From: Phoronis australis
Lineage: Eukaryota; Animalia; Phoronida
Assembly (NCBI GenBank): GCA_002633005.1
Contig: NMRA01000012.1
Coordinates: forward strand, 524,487 to 588,486
Reading direction: 5' to 3'
Length of the DNA: 64,000 nt
This document shows, one piece after another, positions 34,601 through 42,646 of this stretch; the stretch's first letter is position 1, and the number at the start of each line of letters is the position of its first letter. The position numbers and the translations under genes were made by a program. The notes beneath the pieces are model-generated. The model did no database searches. It saw only the letters and a list, made by a program, of their open reading frames with translations, and was not told where the DNA came from.

Positions 34601-36017
34601 AATCATTTCCCCTCTCCATAAGAATCTTCATATATGAAAAGTAAAAGGGAACTGAAAGAAGTAGAAAAGTGCACTGTATAGGATTAGATGGAGACAAATC
34701 TGGTGTATGTTTATGTAAATTTTATCAGTTCTAATTCGTGAAAAGTTGTTATGTAAACATCTATCTTAATCATGATATATGTAATAGACTGTTCGACAGT
34801 GCATGCTCTGGCATGACTTCACCCATTCTTTGCCTTGGAAACTTAAATTTATGTTTATCTGTGGTCAGGGCCTGCATCACCGTCTTCTCTGCCAAAACTT
34901 CCAGCGCCACCTTCACCTGTCAAGAAGACGTCAGATCACCTTAATTGGGAGAACTGTCAATCAATACCAGATCTGTCACCCACCCATAGAAAATACGAAG
35001 AAAGCATTGATGTCTCAGTTGGCTCTGTGCCAAATTTGCCTCTGGAAGACTTGATAGCAAGGGTATGTTTGTTTTAGAGTTGCTCAAGGAGATCCTGGCT
35101 TCTACCAAGTCATGACTGCAGTCATACTCAGCTTAAGGAATAAAGAGCTTTTTTGAGAAATGATGACTTAGTCACACAAAATTTATTGAAAGTATGTGTC
35201 ACCATAATTGCTATCATACTGTCAGTGAGGGCACAGCACTAGTCAACATTTTTCTTGTTCCGAACAAATGTTCTGTTCTTATAAGACCTTAAAACAAGCT
35301 CAGCTGTTCTGTCCTCTAGCTACATAATGTCACTTCATTTTACTTTCATAAACCATTTTGACCTTTTGTTCGATGATTGGCTGTGCTATGCTAACGCTCA
35401 CAATAATAGAATTATGACATTTTCGAAATTTGACCATTGCTAGTCTGAATTCGCTTCTCATTAAATGTCGACTGTCGCTGTTTGTTATTCACAAAATTCC
35501 GTCTTTGAGAGTCACAGTTAAGAAAGTTGTTCTGGTCGATTTTAGTTCAATGTACTCGTAGAGAAACCACTCATAACAGTGTGTTGGATAAGTTCTCTAA
35601 TCCAATCATGAATGTTGATGAAACATTGTACACTGTTTTTAGTCTGCCCACCGGTTTCGTCCACGTTCAAAATCGAATGACAGCATGGGCACTCGCACTC
35701 AAGGATGCGCTGGAAAGATCGCTCGTGGACGTATCACACGCCAGGGTGGTCGACGATCGCGCTCACCTTCCCAGAGTCCCCATGGATCATTGCAGTCTCT
35801 ACACTCAGACAAGAGTGATGGTGGCAAGGACAACTTGACCTTGACAGAACATGAAAGCGAGGCTGACAGACGTGTGTCTACTATTAGTCATTGTTCAGAT
35901 ACATCGGAGTCGAGTATGGGAGAAGCGTCGGCACTGTTGAAAACTGACCAGAAATCTGGCTCGGATTTATCGCTTACCATTTATTTTGATGAAAATGCTC
36001 GTGACACGATAGTATGA
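1448..36017 (+). CDS. unc80: UNC80 homolog (NALCN channel complex subunit), 3' portion of a multi-exon gene; 5' exons lie upstream of the window
   Basis: Phase-consistent GT-AG join: 1448-1666, 15492-15676, 18898-19063, 19721-19858, 21157(or 21148)-21351, [21720-21857, 24153-24293, 25524-25661, 28479-28631, 29518-29622, 30832-30927], 33833-34081, 34869-35062, 35643-36017. The peptide GLKIMIVLFEKELSREWPRVAKTIMELGEKMSGSMPFWKFIEFVVSRRTALMVMLHPYIKHKLLKKP resembles the remembered UNC80 C-terminal block (vertebrate ALKVILVCFERQL..W....LWDFLDFIVRTR..FVLLRPFIQCKLL). Confidence 0.88.
3132..3210. repeat. 12-bp tandem repeat (ATGACTGGAATT) x6.5
   Basis: Perfect tandem units read directly. Confidence 0.95.
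4470..4654. repeat. ~46-bp minisatellite x~4, downstream of the nested gene stop
   Basis: Repeated ttgatcaatgttcatgtcatctaacacaatccaccgacctttatg. Confidence 0.85.
4875..5154 (-). CDS. Nested gene exon 4: 93-aa cytoplasmic tail (RWRYIILKR...SMYQGL...VYTCL...SHYIDV...IIYANLTL*)
   Basis: ttttgcag acceptor, phase 2, in frame with ORF 4875-5177; basic stop-transfer residues directly after the TM helix. Confidence 0.85.
4875..12303 (-). CDS. Nested intronic gene: ~393-aa single-pass type I mucin-like membrane protein with cytoplasmic tyrosine (ITAM/ITIM-like) motifs
   Basis: Join 12303-12237, 7751-7014, 6661-6565, 5154-4875 = 1182 nt; all GT-AG with consensus donors (gtaagt, gtaagt, gtgagt) and matching phases 1, 1, 2. 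Gives signal peptide / mucin / TM / tail. Confidence 0.85.
6009..6420. mobile_element. Foldback/MITE-like element with ~115-bp imperfect inverted arms
   Basis: aagattgagga...cttcttactactgtgtctttatt...aagaaaggtacatt mirrored by aatgtacctttcttg...aataaagacacagtagtaagaag...tcctcaatctt. Confidence 0.75.
6565..6661 (-). CDS. Nested gene exon 3: transmembrane helix (SLPSALSQDCSIIIGTTVAAEIILLIVIVVFF)
   Basis: ttacag acceptor, gtgagt donor, 97 nt, phase 1/2. Confidence 0.85.
7014..7751 (-). CDS. Nested gene exon 2: Thr-rich mucin domain (TTEPTTTPTEQTT repeats)
   Basis: tttcag acceptor, gtaagt donor, 738 nt open, includes ORF 7006-7704. Confidence 0.9.
7834..9262. mobile_element. Non-autonomous TTAA-site DNA transposon (Kolobok-like), family A copy 1
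   Basis: TTAA|GGTTATCTGAAACCTTATT ... AATAAGGTTTGAGCTTGCC; colinear similarity with 25836-27368. Confidence 0.7.
10322..11211. mobile_element. Family B TIR element (AGGTTATGTA-type ends) interrupted by a family A copy
   Basis: Segments match 13060-13483 (inverted) and 19131-19430; terminus cttacataacctt. Confidence 0.55.
10546..10929. mobile_element. Family A internal-deletion derivative (384-bp MITE)
   Basis: TTAA|GGATACCTCAAACCTTATT ... AATAAGTTTTGAGATAACC|TTAA, with intact TTAA on both sides. Confidence 0.8.
11197..11264. repeat. 17-bp tandem repeat (GTCTTACATAACCTTTA) x4, an amplified transposon end
   Basis: Read directly; the unit equals the family B terminus. Confidence 0.9.
12237..12303 (-). 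CDS. Nested gene exon 1: signal peptide MRSDICIYVAFFLCWEQQDRVQ(A)
   Basis: ATG at 12303, hydrophobic core, caag|gtaagt phase 1; likely cleavage VQA/YP. An upstream tttcag acceptor at 12438 suggests a further 5'UTR exon. Confidence 0.72.
12985..13483. mobile_element. Family B element copy, opposite orientation to 10322-11211
   Basis: atagaaagcctgtagaattt...accaatctgc and ctgatcagccacttctcagata blocks shared; ends approximate. Confidence 0.5.
15492..15676 (+). CDS. unc80: UNC80 exon (GLKIMIVLFEKELSREW...LHPYIKHK)
   Basis: ttttag acceptor, gtgagg donor, phase 1/0; strongest UNC80-like block. Confidence 0.92.
15956..18361. mobile_element. 2.4-kb non-autonomous Tc1/mariner-pogo-like DNA transposon
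   Basis: TA|CCGTAATCGTTCGGGTTAACGCCC ... GGGCGTTTACCTGAACGATTACGG|TA (24-bp TIR, 2 mismatches); subterminal ttaaccgccc repeats; no transposase ORF. Confidence 0.9.
18898..19063 (+). CDS. unc80: UNC80 exon (LLKKPSETEYEF...LKNIREETCVHAG)
   Basis: gctag acceptor, phase 0; weak donor gtccta, phase 1, matches the next exon. Confidence 0.85.
19131..19430. mobile_element. Family B element fragment
   Basis: ttaaggttatgta terminus and tttataccaatctgcc block; right end approximate. Confidence 0.45.
19721..19858 (+). CDS. unc80: UNC80 exon (GDGIRPRLATNTTEKSE...VRKFNR)
   Basis: ttcag acceptor, gtaaga donor, 138 nt, phase 1/1. Confidence 0.75.
20725..21140. repeat. ~55-bp degenerate minisatellite x~7 abutting a UNC80 acceptor
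   Basis: Repeated cattgtatgtcca...atgcctgagacacacaaggaagttctaattac. Confidence 0.85.
21157..21351 (+). CDS. unc80: UNC80 exon (EDVGTMSAGPSRNSSRAGSKRSFNWVR...ETCQPI)
   Basis: ttttag acceptor (alternative ttttcag 9 nt upstream), gttagt donor, phase 1/1, open frame. Confidence 0.75.
   Translation: MKMWAQCLLDHQGIPAGQEVSGRSTGCAHPPSESWLEKEARFCIDLKIKSHWKQQMGNLKPVSP
21720..21857 (+). CDS. unc80: Putative UNC80 cassette exon (EPHLLCPALATHVELCEV...DPVETG)
   Basis: tttgtag acceptor, gtatat donor, 138 nt, phase 1/1, open. Confidence 0.5.
23433..23786. mobile_element. 354-bp MITE with TA TSD (Tc1/mariner-pogo-like)
   Basis: TA|CCGGGATTTTCTGTAAATAA ... TTATCTACAAAAAAACCCGG|TA. Confidence 0.7.
24153..24293 (+). 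CDS. unc80: Putative UNC80 cassette exon (DTSCLTGPARRTLFKNKKAFSLHS...SESEPEAA)
   Basis: Polypyrimidine tract + ccag, gtaggc donor, 141 nt, phase 1/1. Confidence 0.6.
25524..25661 (+). CDS. unc80: Putative UNC80 cassette exon (AARSAMSRRNRLQRQHALVRR...QTELS)
   Basis: tatag acceptor, consensus gtgagt donor, 138 nt, phase 1/1; RLQRQ motif recurs in exon 33833. Confidence 0.62.
25836..27368. mobile_element. Family A (Kolobok-like) copy carrying a nested MITE
   Basis: GGATATCTCAAACCTTATT ... AATAAGTTTTGAGATAATC|TTAA; colinear with 7834-9262. Confidence 0.75.
25855..26003. mobile_element. 149-bp GC-rich MITE with 5-bp TSD TTATT
   Basis: TTATT|CAGGGGCGGATCCAG ... CTGAATCCGCCACTG|TTATT, inserted into the family A left end. 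Confidence 0.85.
28479..28631 (+). CDS. unc80: Putative UNC80 cassette exon (DANCLHTVTSSPGSSTLSGRLRRRGAFYRSMSKQSSIDASS...SAE)
   Basis: ttgtag acceptor, gtatag donor, 153 nt, phase 1/1, GC-richer than the flanks. Confidence 0.6.
29518..29622 (+). CDS. unc80: Putative UNC80 cassette exon (VYGTPNCMTPTCVSPLVDRVESQTLLIVPEISVDK)
   Basis: Upstream gctaac branch-like motif, ttatag acceptor, gttggt donor, 105 nt, phase 1/1. Confidence 0.5.
30832..30927 (+). CDS. unc80: Putative UNC80 cassette exon (VPSIQVTKHSSSSEEELSYDSDDEMSPLVRVS)
   Basis: gctag acceptor, gtaggc donor, 96 nt, phase 1/1; not in the ORF track, translated by hand. Confidence 0.6.
33040..33926. other. 432-bp direct duplication flanking an N (probable assembly artefact)
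   Basis: 33040-33471 matches 33495-33926 apart from two substitutions I could see; N at 33472 truncates the first exon copy. Confidence 0.8.
33833..34081 (+). CDS. unc80: UNC80 exon (GLTKNHSDPKFSYENEEAASASHRLQRQDAKSRKTFKFRR...DNDDK)
   Basis: ctcag acceptor, gtaggt donor, 249 nt, phase 1/1; HRLQR..SRKTF resembles a remembered invertebrate UNC80 tail motif. Confidence 0.8.
34869..35062 (+). CDS. unc80: UNC80 penultimate exon (GPASPSSLPKLPAPPSPVKK...PLEDLIAR)
   Basis: gtcag acceptor, gtatgt donor, phase 1/0, matching the terminal exon. Confidence 0.75.
35643..36017 (+). CDS. unc80: UNC80 terminal coding exon (SAHRFRPRSKSNDSMG...FDENARDTIV*)
   Basis: tttttag acceptor, phase 0, in frame with ORF 35685-36017; TGA followed by AATAAA at 36035. 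Confidence 0.8.
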   Translation, partial: SAHRFRPRSKSNDSMGTRTQGCAGKIARGRITRQGGRRSRSPSQSPHGSLQSLHSDKSDGGKDNLTLTEHESEADRRVSTISHCSDTSESSMGEASALLKTDQKSGSDLSLTIYFDENARDTIV

Positions 36018-36034
36018 ATCTCATTCTTTGTACT

Positions 36035-36040
36035 AATAAA
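36035..36040 (+). terminator. Candidate proximal polyadenylation signal of UNC80
   Basis: AATAAA 18 nt after the stop; other AATAAA at 37019 and near 38996. Confidence 0.4.
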
Positions 36041-38156
36041 ACAGTGAATCTCCGTTGTTAACCTCAGTGTGAACTTAGCTGGGTGTCGTTCCCCTTGGAT
36101 GCATTAGTTTTGTGTCTTCCAGTGATTAAGTTATAGAGGAATATTGTGTGCATAAATTGTTGGACTTTTTTAAAAATGCATGATTTATATAATAATATGC
36201 AAAATATCACTAGATATCCATGGTCAACTTTCTCTCGTTCAGTGGCCATTGGAGGTATTAGGGTGCTGTAAGTCTGATGAGTTCGTTCATTATTGTTGAG
36301 CTGTTTCAAGACACATGAACGACAATTACCTACCACGCTTTTAAGGGTTGCCTAAATCATGGTGCATTCAATTAGCTATGTGCAAAACAAAAATTGAAAG
36401 TTTGTGAACTTATGTGCAAAATGAAAATTGGAACTCCAGTTTCCATAAAAATCAATATCCGGTATGTAAAACATAAGTTAAAAACCCAACACATGTTCTA
36501 AGTTGATGTCAGTGATTTAAATTTCAAAAGCTGATTTTCCAAGTTTCTAAATCCAGTATTGAATTCATATGCGTTGTCAAGGCACGTACTATTTTTTCAT
36601 TCCAGGTAAAGTTCCAGTGGTTTTAGCATGTGGAACCGTGTTTTGTTATGTTGGCCAGCTGTGCTGTTACTCTTGACCCACTCATTCTTGGGTGGTCATC
36701 CACCACATTTAAAGTTACATCTACTCAAAGATGTAACCACACTTTTAAGAATAAAAACTCAAAAATTGAGATTTTAAGTGACTCTCGGAATTTCAATTTT
36801 TGTTTTGCACATTGGAAATTGGATTTTGATCAAAAATTGGATTTGCCGTTAAGGTTTTGTATATTGTTTGTGCATGCCTAGCCAGTCTGAATGATGAGGT
36901 CTGTTGGATATTTGGAGAATTATCAGACAAAATGTCATGTGGCTTGGTGGTCATAAACAATACATTGAAGTCAATTAGTGGTACGCACTGGTGTCATTGC
37001 CATGTGAAATTCATTGGAAATAAATCCTGTTATCTTTTCTGCTAATAATTTTAATGGAAAAAAATTGCATTGGGACATGATTTACACGGTATTCTGAATT
37101 CCACCAAATTTGCCTGGGCTAATACCAAGATATTTTGTTCCTGAGTTACGGTGGTTTGTTTACTCAATTAAGAGTAGGATAGTGTCATTGCCTGCCTATA
37201 GGAGTGACAAAAATATCATTATTCCGGCAGTCAGTAAGAATCCTTGAGACATGATGTTTGAGAAATTAATTATGTTATTTTTTTTCATGAAATATTTTTG
37301 AGATTTCAAAATACATGGGATTGCAGCTATTGGAGTGGCTGCTGGCTCATTTGCTTACGCGTGGTTTGGTTGTTGAAGACAACAGGTGACTCTGAATGAG
37401 AGAAATATGTAATGACTAAACTACTTGATGCATTTTAGAATACAATCTTGTGAGAAATGACTTAGAATACTGGAATTTAGGTTTGTATTGTTCTATTTAA
37501 CATTTGTAGTCGTAGCATTTGATTGTGCGATAGTGAGTTCTCATTAAGGGTTAACACAGGTGTGAACTTGTCAGCTACCATCGACTTTACTGAATATGAC
37601 AAAATAGAAATCATACATTAAGTCACAAATTGTAAAAACAAAATCACTTGCCTGTGCAATGAATGTGTTTAGTTATCACAGATAATTTTAGAATATATAA
37701 GCGTAGTACCTTCTGATACACTTCTTATTGTCTGAAATACCTCGATTACCACGGCCAGCTGTTTAAGTGCCAAAGTTTTTTTCTTTCATGTGCCACTCTA
37801 GTCAGTGTTGAATCTCAAAAGGTTTTTAGTTCTCAACCATTGTTATTTGTGATAGATGACATGAAGTTTACAGTGGCTTACTATAGCATGCAGTGGATTC
37901 AAGAAGTACACAACCTTGGTTTTGACCTTGGGGCTGATGTAGTTAGTATAAGAACAAAAATGTGACTTGTATTGTAATTAAGTGTGAACATATGTAGTAT
38001 GTCGGGATCTTTTTAAAGCTGCTATAAACCTGCATTCCTTCACAAAAAACAACTTTTTGTTTAGACTACCTACCGTTATGAAATTTAACTCAAATTGTTT
38101 CTCTATCACTTTGAAAGTTAAGTTCAGGGCTACAAAAGAACTGACCCTGCAACTTG

Positions 38157-38606
38157 GTTTGTCACGGCGTGTTGTTGTATGCACCCAGGAATAAGGAGCT
38201 CTCTCAGTTTGTCACGGCGTGTTTTTGTATGCACCCAGAAATAAAGAGCTCTCTCAGTTTGTCATGGCATGTTGTTTTGTGCTCCCAGGAATAAGGAGCT
38301 CTCTCAGTTTGTCACGGCGTGTTGTTGTATGCACCCAGAAATAAAGAGCTCTCTCAGTTTGTCACTGCGTGTTGTTTTACGCACCCAGGAATAAGGAGCT
38401 CTTTCAGTTTGTCACGACGTGTTGTTGTATGCACCCAAGAATAAGGAACTCTCTCAGTTTGTCACAGCGTGTTGTTGTATGGACCCAGGAATAAGGCGCT
38501 CTCTCAGTTTGTCACTCATGTTGGTTTGTGCTCCCAGGAATAAGGAGCTCTCTCAGTTTGTCATGGCGTGTTGTTTTACGCACCCAGGCAAGGAGCTCTC
38601 TCAGTT
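38157..38606. repeat. 50-bp minisatellite x9
   Basis: gtttgtcacggcgtgttgttgtatgcacccaggaataaggagctctctca units at ~50-bp period. Confidence 0.95.
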
Positions 38607-39602
38607 CTTTGCAAATTCAGAGATCATTTTAAATCTCAATAAGTAACAAGTTGTGATCAGATTTGTAGCGGGAAGTGGTTTAAGCACAAAGTTTGCTTCA
38701 AGGACAGAACATAGGTTTATAGCTACTTTGTTTGGACTGTAGGCCAGAAGCACTTATTTGACAAGCTAGTTTACTGTTCACCATTTCATGGATGTCGGTG
38801 TGGAGCTCTGAACATGCAAATTTTCTTTACATTATTACTTTTGACATTTAGTTGACAGTAGCAGCATTTACATTTGATTAAGTCCCTCGGATGTTAGCTA
38901 GATCAGTTCTGGCATCCAGTGAAGAATGATTAGTATTTGTTTTATTTATTGGTTATAATTTCAAAAATTGCTTAAGTACTGGCCAAGATTGAAAAAATAA
39001 ATAAGCACTGGTAAAGATTGAAAAATAAACAATTAAGTAAAATCTCACGATTATTTCACTTAATATGTCCCTATCTGTGACAACTCCCATGAAATAAACA
39101 TTTGACGATGAATATGAAAATAGTTGGATATAACGTGCCCACATTTTGAGAACCAGTTTGATGCCCATTATTCAGTGGAGAAAACTGGTTCTCAAAATCT
39201 AGGCACGCAATACTATTACCCTGAATGTGAACAAAGCTAGATTACCTGTCATTTCACCTGTGATTGTCTGAGTATGAGAAAACAAATAAGTGCTTTAGCN
39301 CCCCAACTCCTGCCAATTTTCTGTTTCTTGTCCTTTTTCCATATTCTAGTGTTTGATCGTTCTGCAGTGTTCATCTTATAGGTTTGCAGTTTCCCACTGA
39401 TGATGTTTTGAGTTGAGAACCGAAACGTCTGGACTCTGTATACAGTACATAGCATTGTAAATATGCTAAAGCGCTCGTTTTTGTTTTCTTGTATTGATTT
39501 GGCCTGAGTAAGAGCTACCAAAGTATGTATAAGTTTGTTGTGTTTCACATGATATTAATTCGCATGAAAACAACAAAGCAGTCGCAGAATTGCAACTAGA
39601 AT

Positions 39603-39608
39603 TTTATT
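39603..39608 (-). terminator. Candidate BicC polyadenylation signal (implies a ~2.9-kb 3'UTR)
   Basis: AATAAA on the minus strand followed ~25 nt later by GU-rich tgctttgttgttttc. Confidence 0.45.
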
Positions 39609-42521
39609 TCAACAGATCTTACACAGGAAATGCAGAAAAATGGGTTTGTAATTGACAATTGGATAAAAATGCTATACTTGTAAAAATACCTCAAAGTCTT
39701 ATCAAAATATTACCCATGATTCAACTGCCAATTAAGAAAATACAGTAGTGTAATACGACTAGTAAAATAAAGCTATTGCAACGTGACACGACATATTAAC
39801 ACTTAGAGCAATGACTTAACTTTTGCGATGTTGCTTTACAGTGATTGTCTGAATGATTTTCAAAAGTTAAACAGAAACATCTTTGAAAAACTATCTTTTT
39901 TAACAATAGTTAACAATACTGTTATGCTTTCTAATCATCGTGCTGATTCCTCAACTTCTATTAAAGTGAATAAGAAAATATTCTTCATGTACTTGTACGT
40001 AGACTAACTTCAAACTAATTCATATATGCAGTAATCAATCTTTTTGGTCTATTTCGCAGCTTTCTAAAACTTAGCCTTTATTATAATATATAAACATCAC
40101 AATTGTGTCTTTTGGCTTCTGACTTAACGATCACAAAGAGCTAACCAGTTTTCATTAACATTCCACAAAGCAGTATAACCCCAAAATTTGTGATTTCAAA
40201 AACCACGCAATAAAATAAACATGATGCAATCAGAAACAATGCAGGCAGAATATTTACAAGCAACTAAAATCATGAATTCAATAAGCTAGCAGGCAATTAT
40301 AACTTTTCAATATACAACAACAGTTCTAAAGAATATTAATGCATAGAATGACATGTGTATGTTATATAAACGGTATAGTTAATGTGCATAACATTTTTAA
40401 CATAAAAAGTATCGTTCAACACATATTTCAAATTTTGCAAGGTTAAGTCTATCGTAAGGTAGGCCCTTCTGAACCTTGTTCTGATTGGCTAGACTTAGGA
40501 AATGGGCAATGTTTGGGACAGACTAGAAACAAATGGTAATTTACACTTCCATGCCATTGCTAACTTCTTTTTGTATGCAATGAATTAGCCAATCAGAAGA
40601 AAGGTTCCACAGAGAGCCAATGTTGAAAATACTTCCAGCAAATCTGAAGGCAATTGAACTTGGACTATCAAGTTCAAATTTTGAGTGTGGACCGAATAGC
40701 AACAAAAGGGCGTGTCACTGCTACATATACTTGACATGGCCACCACTAACTATGTACACAAATAACAAATGAGAATGTTCCTTTCACTCAACCTTGGTAA
40801 TTCTCATACTTAGCACGCAATACACTGAAAAAGGAAAATTTATTTTACCAACTTTTCTCAACAAAAACAAGCTTCAGTAATACCCGACTTCATTATCACC
40901 CCAGTTTGTATTTTACAACTGTCATCAAACAGCACAAAATTTTTTACAATGACACCGGATGAACTATGACAATTTTGGCAATGAGCATTGTGTGAAATGC
41001 ACGTAGTTTAGAGAAAAAACCCAAACAGTGCCAATTGTTGAACCAATCGGTGAACTCCATTTGGTCCGTGGTTTAATCGTGTGTAATTGGGAATGATAAG
41101 TGGAGACATATAAAACTAAAACACAAGGTTCCACCCCAAAACATGGACCAAGACAAAGGTTTTCAAAGACAGTGCTGTATGAGACTTTAATACTTCATAC
41201 TTTTATCCTTTGTGGAAAGAGTTGCACAGGTCCTGGTTGAGAGACTCAACAATTTTACATTCTTTCCTACAGTGTAACGACCTATAAAAAGCTGGGCATA
41301 GTAGCACAAAATGGCGCACAGTAGCAAGCTAAACAAATCTTGCTCACGTTTTGAGATGCACTAAACAACTCTCAAAATTTAGTCATAAGCGGCATGGAAT
41401 GCAATCTAAAAAGCTGCGACCTACCTAAGTTTGCATAGTATATCTTACATTGGAAAGGACGGATTGAAAGTGGTTAAACAGCAAAACATCCATTAACAAA
41501 CAGCATTGTGACTGTAGAAGATAATTACGACTCAGCAGTACCTCCGGATTATACTCGGTAACAAACATGTCCACACCTTTCAATTTTTTCCCAATCTCAC
41601 TTTCGAATCGTGGAACTTTACAGCAGTTTTGTATGTTCGCAAACAAAAAGCGGATACAGCTTAGTGCCGAGCACTAAGTGCTGGGCCCTTAGTGCTCTGC
41701 ACTAACGGCCTTGTCACAGCAAGGGAGGAGTTCTCAGTATGACCTTGAAATCTGCTAAGTGCGAGTGTGAACCAATCATTGTGCGATTTTTGTAAGAAAT
41801 CTGTGAACGTGATCACATTGGAGAAGGCGGATTTCATCAAAACATGCTGGGATATTTTGAGAATGAGTTTGTAGCAACAGGACCTTAAAACTGTTTCTGC
41901 ATATTGGATGGAAATTGAAGTTTGACTCTCTTCAGTTTCTCTGGTCTTTACCTTCTCAACTCTGCTGTCCTCATTCTATGTTCTTAGTAATAATCCATCA
42001 ACAGTTTAAGAATCACTATGCACCTTCCATAACAGCAACGTGTTTTGTTCGAAGTTTTTCTATTACAAAGGTAACTCTAAAATACAAATGACTTGGTGAT
42101 GAATTTCACTACAAACTTTTCTTAAATTTGTTTTCGGAAATAACATTTCACAATGAAGTCTTTAATAGTTTGAACATCTGGACACACAACATATCAGAGA
42201 CACTACTACATCATGTCAGAACAGTATGCAGCATATAGACCATCTCAGCCTAAGTAAACTAGAACTAACGCACAATAACAAATCAACTCGCACAGCTACG
42301 CTGATGCACATTTCACAATTTTGAGGACACAGTAAATATGCTTATAGCAAAATAGTTGGGTATAAATAGAACAACAGACACATTAAAACAAAGTGCAAGG
42401 CCCAATCGGGGAATCACAAATGTTGGAATTATCTCTCCCATCTGAGTATTCACTGCTTGGGTACGCCCCACTAGACGGTCCACGGGTATCCTAGATTTTT
42501 GTCACAGTCTCCCTCACTGTC

Positions 42522-42646
42522 TCACCACCGTCCGCTATGGCTGGCGATGTCTTGTCGTCTCACGGCAGCCAGCACTGGGTTGGGGTTCCGGAATGGGTTG
42601 TTGGCACCAGGCGTTGCCGAGAAGTGGCTTCGCCTTTTGTTCAAGT
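42522..42646 (-). CDS. bicc1: BicC terminal coding exon (DLNKRRSHFSATPG...DIASHSGRW*)
   Basis: tttcag acceptor; C-terminal SGRW conserved with BICC1. Confidence 0.95.

Noticed and set aside
38157-38606. Regularly spaced repeats resembling a CRISPR array (also 47623-47867)
   Set aside because: Units are contiguous with no unique spacers, the context is eukaryotic and there are no cas genes.
39134-39220. Small palindromic repeat also seen at ~19922-19990
   Set aside because: Fragment of a dispersed repeat; boundaries not definable.
40471-40607. Imperfect ~21-bp inverted repeat containing CCAAT-like gccaatcagaa
   Set aside because: Common MITE-internal motif; too weak to call regulatory.
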